The notes below the pieces were generated by a model. That model was not told where the DNA came from, ran no database searches, and saw only the letters and a list, made by a program, of their open reading frames with translations. A stretch of DNA of 64,000 nucleotides from an uncultured Gammaproteobacteria bacterium (GTDB taxonomy: Bacteria > Patescibacteriota > Microgenomatia > CAZXEC01), in contig CAZXEC010000001.1 of assembly GCA_964639595.1 (NCBI GenBank), positions 254,498-318,497 of the forward strand, read 5' to 3'. Positions 29,811 to 37,724 of the stretch are shown piece after piece. Every line of letters starts with the position of its first letter. Position 1 is the stretch's first letter. Both the position numbers and the translations under genes were made by a program.

Positions 29811-31462
29811 TCAAAAAAATTATCTTAATACTGGTAATTGTTCTGGCTGCCCTGCTGCGTTTCTGGCAGCTGTCCGATTACCCGCCGCATGCCAATTGGG
29901 ACGAGGCTTCCCTGGGGTATAACGCCTATTCAATTTTAACTACCGGACGTGACGAGTGGGGGCAGTTTTTGCCTTTGACCTTTCGGGCTTTTGGCGATTA
30001 CAAATTGCCCGGTTATATCTACACTTCCGTGCCGTTTGTGGCCGCTTTTGGCTTAAACGAATTTTCCATCCGTTTTGCCTCGGCTTTTTTTGGCACACTG
30101 ACAGTCCTGCTGGTCTTTTTGTTAGCCAGGCTTTTGACCCGGAAATATTCTCTGGCAACAATTGCGGCCTTCTTGCTGGCCATTTCTCCCTGGCATGTCT
30201 TTTTATCCCGGATTGCCCTGGAAGCCAATCTGGCCCTGTTTTTCCTGGTCTTGGGAATTTTCCTTTTTGTCAAATTTATTACACAGTTTGAGAACAGGAT
30301 AGCACCCCAGCTTATTTTGCTTATCGCTTGCCCCTTGTCCCTTGTTGCTGCTTTATATACTTACAACAGCGCCAGAGTGGTGGTACCATTGTTGGTTTTA
30401 TTACTGGCTGCCAATTATTACTCCCTGCTGAAAAAATTAAAAAAACAGTTGGTACTGATGCTGGTACTTTTGGTGGTTTTATCTGTGCCGGCTTTTTCTC
30501 TGGCCATCAAGCAGGATTCCAGCGCCCGCTATCGTTGGACTGCTATTTTAGACGAGGGGGCAACCAACTTCATCAATGAATCGCGCCGGACCTCTGCCTA
30601 CCCCACACCCCTCAAAGAGCTTGTTTATAACAAAATCACTTATACCCTGCCAAGAGTAGTGGCTGGGTATCTGTCGCATTTTAGCCCGGACTTTTTATAT
30701 TTTAAGGGCGGCAGTAATTTTCAATTTAATATTCCCGGGTTTGGATTGTTTTACCCTCTGGAAATGCCGTTTCTGGTTTTGGGGGTGATGGTGGCTTTCT
30801 GGCAAAAAAGCCCCTGGAGATGGCTGCTTATAGGTTGGATGTTGACCGGCCCCATTCCGGCTGCCATTACCCGTGATGCGCCTCATGCTCTGCGGTCGCT
30901 TTTTATGATGCCCGCCCCGCAGATTTTAGAAGCCTTTGGCCTGTTGTGGTTTTTGGATTCTTTGAAAAAGCCGGTCTTGGAAAGAGCCCTGGCTGTTGGC
31001 TTTGGACTGATTTTTGTGGTCGCCAGTTTTTTCTATTGGCAACTTTATACCAATCTTTACACCAGAGATTATTCCTGGTCCTGGCAATACGGTTATAAAC
31101 AAGCCATTGCTTATGTTGAAAAAAACCAGGACAAATATCAACAGATTATCGTGACCAAAAAATACGGGGAGCCGCATATTTTCCTGTTGTTTTACACTCA
31201 CTATCCGCCGGACCAGTATAGAAACGATCCGCAGCTGAAACGTTACTTTCAAACCGATTGGTACTGGGTAGATAGTTTTTATAAATATCAATTCATCAAT
31301 GACTGGGATATCAAACAAAAGGGGAGAGAAATTCAGATTAAAAAGGGCGGCCAACCAACTCTGCTTGTTGCCAGCCCCGGCAATTATCCGGTTGATGCCA
31401 AATTGGTGGAGAGTATCTATTTCCTGGACGGCAAAAAAGCCTTTGATCTGGTGGAGTTGTAG
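29807..31462 (+). CDS. PMT/ArnT-like membrane glycosyltransferase, paralog 3
   Basis: DEASLGYNAYSIL and ISPWHVF motifs. Confidence 0.7.
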   Translation: MIKKIILILVIVLAALLRFWQLSDYPPHANWDEASLGYNAYSILTTGRDEWGQFLPLTFRAFGDYKLPGYIYTSVPFVAAFGLNEFSIRFASAFFGTLTVLLVFLLARLLTRKYSLATIAAFLLAISPWHVFLSRIALEANLALFFLVLGIFLFVKFITQFENRIAPQLILLIACPLSLVAALYTYNSARVVVPLLVLLLAANYYSLLKKLKKQLVLMLVLLVVLSVPAFSLAIKQDSSARYRWTAILDEGATNFINESRRTSAYPTPLKELVYNKITYTLPRVVAGYLSHFSPDFLYFKGGSNFQFNIPGFGLFYPLEMPFLVLGVMVAFWQKSPWRWLLIGWMLTGPIPAAITRDAPHALRSLFMMPAPQILEAFGLLWFLDSLKKPVLERALAVGFGLIFVVASFFYWQLYTNLYTRDYSWSWQYGYKQAIAYVEKNQDKYQQIIVTKKYGEPHIFLLFYTHYPPDQYRNDPQLKRYFQTDWYWVDSFYKYQFINDWDIKQKGREIQIKKGGQPTLLVASPGNYPVDAKLVESIYFLDGKKAFDLVEL

Positions 31463-31535
31463 ATAAATTAAGAATTGATAATTTACTCCACTTCGTCCGT
31501 CAGCCAACGGACTACGATGGGCACAGCAATTTACA

Positions 31536-33263
31536 ATGACGAGCAAAATATTATTTGCAACTATTTTATTGATTGCCTTTGTGTTGCGGTTCTGGCAACT
31601 GGGCCAGTCTCCCAGCCTGTATTGGGACGAGCCGGCCATCGGCTACAATGCCTATTCCATTCTGACCACCGGCCGTGACGAGTATGGCAATGTCTTCCCC
31701 TTCACCTTCCGCTCATTTGATGACTATAAAGCTCCCGGCTATATTTATCTGACAGTCCCGTCTGTTGCTATTTTTGGCCTCACAGAATTTGCCGTTCGCT
31801 TCCCCTCGGCCCTGCTGGGAGTGTTAACCGTGGCGCTAGTTTATTTCTTAGTGGGAGAGCTACTTAAATTAGGTCGCAGTCAGCAGTCCAGCAGTCAGCG
31901 GTTTGCTGTTTGCTGTCAGCTGTTATCTATGGCCTCGCTGGCCATCTCCCCCTGGCACATCCATGTTTCTCGGATTGGCTTTGAAGCCAACGCCGCCGTA
32001 TTTTTCCTGACTCTGGGCATATTTCTATTCGTCAAGTTTATTGACGAATCCAAGAGTCAAGCCCCGCGAAGTCCGTCGGCTGACGGACGAAGTAGGGCTA
32101 CGTCTACCTTCTTGCTTATCGCTTTCCCCTTGCCCCTTATCGCTTCTTTATATACTTATCACAGCTCCAGATTATTAATACCGCTTCTTCTTACGGTATA
32201 TTTGATATTTTTCTGGAAAAAGTTCAATAAACAACTTCTGGTTAAGTTGGCGCTGGTGGTGTTAGTTTTATTAATCCCGCTTGCTCTTGTGATGCTGCGT
32301 CCGGAAACTCAAAACAGGGTGATTTGGTCCAGTCTTTTTTCCTACCAGCGGCCACCTGAAGAAATTAACCGGTTGGCTCAAATTGATCAGGCCCAAAGGC
32401 AAGATTTATCTTTTGGCCTATTGCATTCGGAGCCGGAATATTTTACCAAGGGTTTCCTGTCGCGCATGACCAATCATCTCTCGCCGATATTTTTATTCCT
32501 GAAAGGCGATGATAATCAGCGGTTGGGATTTGGCACCGTCGGTATTTATTATCTGTTTGAACTGCCGTTTTTTATACTGGGTGTCGTCTTTTTAACAAAG
32601 CATAAAACCACGGCTGTAATTTTATTACCTTGGTTTTTATTGGGAATTTTGCCGGCGGCACTGACCCGCGACCAAACTAACCTGCTCCGATCCCTCAACG
32701 CTTATGTGGCGGGAAATATCATCATCGGTTTGGGCGCGGCTTCGTTTTACCAGTACCTAACAGCCGGAAAAGTATTGGTCAGATCAGTAATTTTTATTCC
32801 CATGGCCGGTCTGATCTTGTGGAATGTGGGGTTTTTCCTGGATAATTATTTCGTCCATTACGCCAACAGAACCGCCCCATATTGGCAATATGGCTATAAG
32901 CAGGTAGTATCCAAGGTTTCAGCTTTGCAAGATAAATATGACAAGATTTACGTCTCCACCGACTACGGCCAGCCTTATATTTATTTCTTGTTTTACCAAA
33001 AATATCCGCCGGCCAAATATCAGCCGCAAGCCAGGCTTGTCAAAGACCCCCACAGCGTTGATGTGGGTGAAGGTGCCGGATATGATAAATTTGAGTTTCG
33101 CAAACTTTACTGGCCGGCTGATCGGGGTTTGAGAAAGAGTTTGTTTGTCGGCTCGCCGGAACAGCTGCCGGAAAAAGACATTGACCCCAAAGAGGCCCGC
33201 ATCATTGACCGTGTGTATTTCCCCAACGGCCCGGAGGCCTTTAGAATAGTGGAGACGTTATAA
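31536..33263 (+). CDS. PMT/ArnT-like membrane glycosyltransferase, paralog 4
   Basis: DEPAIGYNAYSIL and ISPWHIH motifs. It contains two low-complexity inserts (31877-31920 and 32065-32095). Confidence 0.7.
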   Translation: MTSKILFATILLIAFVLRFWQLGQSPSLYWDEPAIGYNAYSILTTGRDEYGNVFPFTFRSFDDYKAPGYIYLTVPSVAIFGLTEFAVRFPSALLGVLTVALVYFLVGELLKLGRSQQSSSQRFAVCCQLLSMASLAISPWHIHVSRIGFEANAAVFFLTLGIFLFVKFIDESKSQAPRSPSADGRSRATSTFLLIAFPLPLIASLYTYHSSRLLIPLLLTVYLIFFWKKFNKQLLVKLALVVLVLLIPLALVMLRPETQNRVIWSSLFSYQRPPEEINRLAQIDQAQRQDLSFGLLHSEPEYFTKGFLSRMTNHLSPIFLFLKGDDNQRLGFGTVGIYYLFELPFFILGVVFLTKHKTTAVILLPWFLLGILPAALTRDQTNLLRSLNAYVAGNIIIGLGAASFYQYLTAGKVLVRSVIFIPMAGLILWNVGFFLDNYFVHYANRTAPYWQYGYKQVVSKVSALQDKYDKIYVSTDYGQPYIYFLFYQKYPPAKYQPQARLVKDPHSVDVGEGAGYDKFEFRKLYWPADRGLRKSLFVGSPEQLPEKDIDPKEARIIDRVYFPNGPEAFRIVETL

Positions 33264-33265
33264 TT

Positions 33266-33733
33266 ATGGGAGATATCCGTGAACTAGTTAAACAAGTTTT
33301 AGAGAAAGGCTATCTGATCAGTCTGGCCACAGTTGATGATGATGGCGTATGGGTGGCAGATGTGATTTATGTTTTTGATGAGACCTTTGATATTTATTGG
33401 ATGTCGCAAGAAAACGCTCGGCATTCTCAAGCTCTCCTAAAAAACAGTCAGGTAGCAGGAGCAATTACTGTAACCACCAAACCACAAGAAGACGATATCG
33501 GATTGCAGCTGGAAGGCAGAGCGGAGAAGATCGAGGGTGATATCTGGGAAATTGCCATCAAACATCGACTCAAAAGAGGCAAGCCAGCTCCCATCAAAGA
33601 GGGCGAGGCTCTTGATGCAGGAGAATCATGGTATAAATTAAAGCCTGCCAGAATTGAATTGATCTATCAGTCTAAATTTGGCTTTGAGAGAAAAAGTTTG
33701 AGTTTAGTTACCTATCACACCCTTAGGGTGTGA
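33266..33733 (+). CDS. Pyridoxamine-5'-phosphate-oxidase-like FMN-binding protein (general stress protein 26 family)
   Basis: Small split-barrel fold pattern (LISLATVDDDGVWVADVIYVFDE ... YWMS). It lies 3 nt downstream of paralog 4. Confidence 0.65.
   Translation: MGDIRELVKQVLEKGYLISLATVDDDGVWVADVIYVFDETFDIYWMSQENARHSQALLKNSQVAGAITVTTKPQEDDIGLQLEGRAEKIEGDIWEIAIKHRLKRGKPAPIKEGEALDAGESWYKLKPARIELIYQSKFGFERKSLSLVTYHTLRV
33716..33732 (+). terminator. Palindromic hairpin CACACCC-TTA-GGGTGTG overlapping the stop codon, followed by a second TTAGGGTGTG copy at 33738-33747
   Basis: Read directly. A related palindrome occurs at 38765-38779 on the other side of the CRISPR-Cas cassette. Confidence 0.35.
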
Positions 33734-33752
33734 TAGATTAGGGTGTGCAAGT

Positions 33753-34244
33753 GTGCTCAATTCATTCGAACCTGGGGAAATCCGGCTTAAAAAATTATTA
33801 AATACAATGCCTGTCGAACATGGTCTATCTCTGCCGGAAACAGAACTGGATAAACTGCGTCATCTAAAAGAGCGGTTAGTGGGAGAAGACCGCTTAAAAT
33901 TCAACATTGGCAGGCTATGCTTATCTTATGTCCGATTCCGAGTCTATGTGGAAGCAATCACCAGTGCCGAGGCATCTTTGCCAGAACGGGCGTGCCAATC
34001 CATAGAATTTGTGGATGGGATACTCAAGCATTGCCTTGCCAATACTTTCACTTCTATACTGCGGACGGAAAATCCAGACCTGATAGGTTACGCCACACTA
34101 TTATTGGAGCAACAGCGAGGTTTTCTTAACGGCGATCTTGACTATTTGACTTTTCCCATTCCATTCAGTCATGGCATGGACATTCAGGGTCTGCTGTGGA
34201 GTAATCCTGAAGCGGAAACCCGCAAACCGGAGAGCTGGCGGTGA
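33753..34244 (+). CDS. Hypothetical protein (163 aa, GTG start) immediately upstream of the CRISPR array
   Basis: ORF only, with no recognisable motif. It ends 18 nt before repeat 1. Confidence 0.35.
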   Translation: MLNSFEPGEIRLKKLLNTMPVEHGLSLPETELDKLRHLKERLVGEDRLKFNIGRLCLSYVRFRVYVEAITSAEASLPERACQSIEFVDGILKHCLANTFTSILRTENPDLIGYATLLLEQQRGFLNGDLDYLTFPIPFSHGMDIQGLLWSNPEAETRKPESWR

Positions 34245-34262
34245 AAGAGAAACTAATAGACA

Positions 34263-34811
34263 GTTGCATTCCTTAATTCTTCTTAAGAGGTTCTGCAGGC
34301 TGTTTATACAAATCGAGTTCTATCTCCATACTTAGTTGCATTCCTTAATTCTTCTTAAGAGGTTCTGCAGGGCGTCAAAACGAGCTGGTTAAGTTGAAGT
34401 CTTAACGGTTGCATTCCTTAATTCTTCTTAAGAGGTTCTGCAGGCAAAAAGGGACGCATAACTGCATCCCGTAATTTAAGTTGCATTCCTTAATTCTTCT
34501 TAAGAGGTTCTGCAGGTTCTGATATATAATAGTTAAAAGAAGCCCGAAGTTGAAGTTGCATTCCTTAATTCTTCTTAAGAGGTTCTGCAGGTTCTAATAA
34601 TAACTGCTTAAACCCTCGTTTACTTCCAAAGTTGCATTCCTTAATTCTTCTTAAGAGGTTCTGCAGGTTAAATGCAGCTATGAAATATCATGGAGAATTT
34701 GGTTGCATTCCTTAATTCTTCTTAAGAGGTTCTGCAGGGGTGATGGCACCGCCAAAACAGGTGTTGAAGATATAGTTGCATTCCTTAATTCTTCTTAAGA
34801 GGTTCTGCAGG
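34263..34811 (-). CRISPR. CRISPR array of 8 identical 37-bp repeats (plus strand GTTGCATTCCTTAATTCTTCTTAAGAGGTTCTGCAGG) and 7 spacers of 34-39 bp
   Basis: Repeats start at 34263, 34335, 34408, 34480, 34555, 34631, 34702 and 34775. An internal CTTAA/TTAAG stem is present. The minus-strand transcription call is inferred from the cas gene orientation and from the repeat reverse complement ending in AAGGAATGCAAC (see findings). Confidence 0.95.
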
Positions 34812-35095
34812 AGCTCTGAATTTGAGGCTAAGAATTGACCTTTTAACCCCCAAATTTTTAGTGAACCCCTTTTCTGCATAAAATATGTCAAGGTTCGCAG
34901 ATTCTCTGTAAAACCCAAAGAGAAGAACTAAAAATTGTAGTGTTCAGTCCACTTTAGTCCTAAGGGGCTAAAGTTTTCCTATTGCTTTTGAACGGTAACG
35001 AGGACCTAAAGCAAGCCCACTCTACTGCTGTGCAACACAGCCCTTGCATAATTCTCAAGCATATAGCTGAGAACTCGTCGTTAAAAACGATAATA
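34812..35095. ncRNA. Non-coding region between the array and the effector gene; candidate leader and tracrRNA locus
   Basis: 284 bp without a plausible ORF. It contains repeat-like fragments: TCAAGGTTCGCAGATTCTC (34888-34906) and CTTGCATAATTCTCAAGC (35043-35060, resembling the repeat 5' half with two short deletions), plus a GCTGTG-CAA-CACAGC hairpin (35026-35040). Confidence 0.3.
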
Positions 35096-36853
35096 TCAGA
35101 TTTTTATCTCTTTGTAAAGCGCATTTGCGATATTGATTGCGGCATTTAGATCGGCATTCATATTATGGCCACATTCTCGATTAACACATCTAAAAAAACC
35201 TTTGTTTCTGTCACCAGTCTTATGACACATTGAACATATTTGCGATGTATACTCTGGATTTATAAATCTTATCGGTATTCCGGCTTTCAAGGCTTTGTAT
35301 TCAATGAGTTTTTGTAGTTTACCATAAGAAAAATTTGATAGCATAAATCTTATTTTTCTTTCTTGTAATGCAGTTCCTTTCTTGATTCTTTTTTCTCCTT
35401 GGGTAATTTTTAGCTTTTCCATTGCAATCACGATTGGTTTTAATTCTTTGGCCTGATTAACAATTTGTCTTGAAAAGTTATGGAGCATATAATCTGAAAT
35501 TCTAGCTACTTTTTTCCCAAACTGCGCCCGACGTTTATTCACACCTTTTGTCCCCGTAAACTTTTTCCTAATGAGCTGGTACTTTGTCTTTTGGGCCATT
35601 AATCCGTGGCCAGGATAAAATTTGATGAAGCAAGGTTTACCATTGGGTTTATCGACCACAGCCGTAACAGCCGTCTGATTAACGCCTCTATCTATACCCA
35701 TAATTTTAGTCTTGCTATCTATTTTCGGTTCCTCAAATTCTTGAACTAGAGGATAGCTGAGGTAAAAATTGCCCCGTTTTCTTAGCAATAGAGGATATTT
35801 AAGCTCTCCCTCTTTAATTTTTCTTATGATATCCAGAAACCAACTCTTATTTTTTTCTGATTTTATAGTATTAACGATCAGAGTAAATTTCTCTTGTTTG
35901 CCATCAATACTCAATTTCACAAATTGCTCGTTAATATCTTTTACAGATGTGTTTTGTAAATCGACAATATTCCCCTTGAAAAGTACTTTTGTTTCTTTGA
36001 GTCTTTTTTGAAGCTTTTCAATGGTTTTATTTAACGCTTCTATGGTCCCTCGTATTGTAGATTCCGTTTTACCTCTTGATGGATTCTCCTTAAAAAGAAT
36101 ATGTTTATAGCGATCAACTCTTTGGTTTTGCTGACGAGGTAATGTAAATCTACTTGTAGTGTTTTTTTGTTTTATTTCATCTTTTAATCGATTTAAAACA
36201 TCTAACACTCCTGCGTTATTTTTGTAACGTTCTAACCATTTTTTGAGAGTAGTTGATGCGATCTTGTCATTATCTAAAACTTCTTGCCATTCAATTGCTC
36301 GACGTTGCGTTATAAAAATAGTTGAGTACACATTATTTAATTGTTTTTTGTATGAATTCAGCGTATCGTTTGCGCGTTTAAAAGCTAACGCATACTCTGT
36401 GCCGGGCAATTTGACAGCATCTCTCACATCTCCATATTGGCTACGTTTTCTATTGCCTGTTGCATATAAAATCTTTCTAATTGAGAATTCTTTATTCCAA
36501 CATTTGCCACAAACTAATTCTATGCCGTCCTTCTTTTTGCGGATTATTAATGATTTCTGCCCACAAGTCTTACATATTTTATTACGGTCGTTCCTGTTCT
36601 TACCTTCTGGTTTGTGCCCTTTGCAGGATACATAACTTTTTAAGCAATAAGAGCACTTTCCATTCAATCCTTGGCTGCCACCTGTGTCCTTTTTAATAAA
36701 CTCATAATTGTTTCGTTGACCCTCTTCTACTATTTGAATTTTTTTCGCAAAAAAGTTGACAGCCTTACTAAATCTACTAAAGTATGACTCTAAAAAATCT
36801 TCCTGTGTTAAAGTAGGAACAAACTTAAAACTATATGAGGTAGTAAGTTTCAT
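35096..36853 (-). CDS. Compact type V effector, TnpB-like Cas12f/Cas14-like nuclease (585 aa)
   Basis: RuvC-I (IMGIDRGVNQTAV), RuvC-II (IVIAMEKLK) and RuvC-III (NADLNAAINIANALY) motifs. A CxxC...CxxC zinc finger (YTSQICSMCHK ... CVNRECGH) sits between RuvC-II and RuvC-III. There is an extra N-terminal Cys-rich zinc ribbon (CSYC ... CKTCGQ ... CGKCW). It is located between cas4 and the array. Confidence 0.85.
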   Translation of the reverse strand: MKLTTSYSFKFVPTLTQEDFLESYFSRFSKAVNFFAKKIQIVEEGQRNNYEFIKKDTGGSQGLNGKCSYCLKSYVSCKGHKPEGKNRNDRNKICKTCGQKSLIIRKKKDGIELVCGKCWNKEFSIRKILYATGNRKRSQYGDVRDAVKLPGTEYALAFKRANDTLNSYKKQLNNVYSTIFITQRRAIEWQEVLDNDKIASTTLKKWLERYKNNAGVLDVLNRLKDEIKQKNTTSRFTLPRQQNQRVDRYKHILFKENPSRGKTESTIRGTIEALNKTIEKLQKRLKETKVLFKGNIVDLQNTSVKDINEQFVKLSIDGKQEKFTLIVNTIKSEKNKSWFLDIIRKIKEGELKYPLLLRKRGNFYLSYPLVQEFEEPKIDSKTKIMGIDRGVNQTAVTAVVDKPNGKPCFIKFYPGHGLMAQKTKYQLIRKKFTGTKGVNKRRAQFGKKVARISDYMLHNFSRQIVNQAKELKPIVIAMEKLKITQGEKRIKKGTALQERKIRFMLSNFSYGKLQKLIEYKALKAGIPIRFINPEYTSQICSMCHKTGDRNKGFFRCVNRECGHNMNADLNAAINIANALYKEIKI

Positions 36854-36855
36854 CG

Positions 36856-37452
36856 TTAGTTAATATTCTTATAACAATTATCAATTGCTTTTCTCTTATT
36901 CCTTGTCCCCTTTGGTAATCTTTCTGATTGTATTATACTCTCAATCTCGTTAAAAATCTTTAATAATTCATCTTTTAGTGCTTTTGTAATCCTTACCCTT
37001 ATAAAGTCCCCTGATTTTAGAAACTTAACAAAACCAAACGGCACTTTATATCCTAACCTCTCTTCTATTAATAAAGCCTCCATGATAACCTGAAATTTTT
37101 GTGACAGATACAAAAATTTAGGTTTTGAACTATATTTTACTTGAATAGGATAAGCTTCATGTAGTTTTTTGTTAATTGCAACACAATCTACCTTTGTAGA
37201 GATTTTATACTTACTAGATGTCAAGTATACGTCATATATTTTAGCTAAAAACGGCAACTCTTTGATTACCTTATTTCTTCTTGACTTTCTAGAGAATTCG
37301 ACATATTTTTGCCTACCCTCGATTTCCTTAATTGTTGTAGCTTGGGGAATTTTGAGGACGTGAATGTAATATATAATTCTAGGATCATAAAGGTAATTCA
37401 TTAAGTCGGTGGCTGTTAAATAATTTTGCATCGGTTTAAATAAATATAACAT
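36856..37452 (-). CDS. cas4: Cas4-like PD-(D/E)xK nuclease-fold protein lacking the Fe-S cysteine cluster
   Basis: The N-terminus YLTATDLMNYLYDPRIIYY matches the Cas4 hTGTDhxxYxYCPR signature with Cys replaced by Asp. There is a central VDCVAI ... PIQVKY motif and a QKFQVIMEALLIEE motif (QhxxY-like). Only one C-terminal Cys is present instead of the usual three. It overlaps cas2 by 17 nt. Confidence 0.6.
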   Translation of the reverse strand: MLYLFKPMQNYLTATDLMNYLYDPRIIYYIHVLKIPQATTIKEIEGRQKYVEFSRKSRRNKVIKELPFLAKIYDVYLTSSKYKISTKVDCVAINKKLHEAYPIQVKYSSKPKFLYLSQKFQVIMEALLIEERLGYKVPFGFVKFLKSGDFIRVRITKALKDELLKIFNEIESIIQSERLPKGTRNKRKAIDNCYKNIN

Positions 37453-37720
37453 CTCTATTTTTTATTAAAAACTCATTGGCCGGCCCGAATGCAATCCTCT
37501 TTGAAAACTCCTCCTCACTTGATGGGAAGATGAGAACCTTGTCATTTTTTGATTTCATTATCTTTTTAATCTCTAAACTTAGCATTTCTGCCTTATTTCT
37601 AGTCAAATTTCCTGAAAAGGCACTTTTTTGTATCCGTTTTAACCCGTAATCCTTACAGAGATTGGATACTTTACTCCGAATATTATTTTTGGAAATATCG
37701 TAGATAACCCAATAGACCAT
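37436..37720 (-). CDS. cas2: Cas2 (94 aa)
   Basis: MVYWVIYDIS ... N-terminus with the catalytic Asp, typical length, and position between cas1 and cas4. Confidence 0.85.
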   Translation of the reverse strand: MVYWVIYDISKNNIRSKVSNLCKDYGLKRIQKSAFSGNLTRNKAEMLSLEIKKIMKSKNDKVLIFPSSEEEFSKRIAFGPANEFLIKNRDVIFI

Positions 37721-37724
37721 AGTC

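Noticed and set aside
30926-31639. 237-aa minus-strand ORF antisense to PMT-like paralog 3
   Set aside because: It lies entirely within a well-supported plus-strand gene, shows low-complexity codon usage and has no motifs. It is a shadow ORF.
34300-34774. Shared GTTGAAG motif in spacers 2, 4 and 7
   Set aside because: It is only 7 nt and compatible with chance. Protospacer targets cannot be evaluated without a database search.
34812-35095. Alternative reading: the repeat-like fragments are decayed terminal repeats, which would put the leader on the other side of the array
   Set aside because: The opposite side (34245-34262) is only 18 nt from a coding region with no room for a leader. Co-orientation with the cas genes and the Cas14a-like repeat 3' end both favour the high-coordinate side as the leader. 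The alternative is kept as a caveat in the findings.
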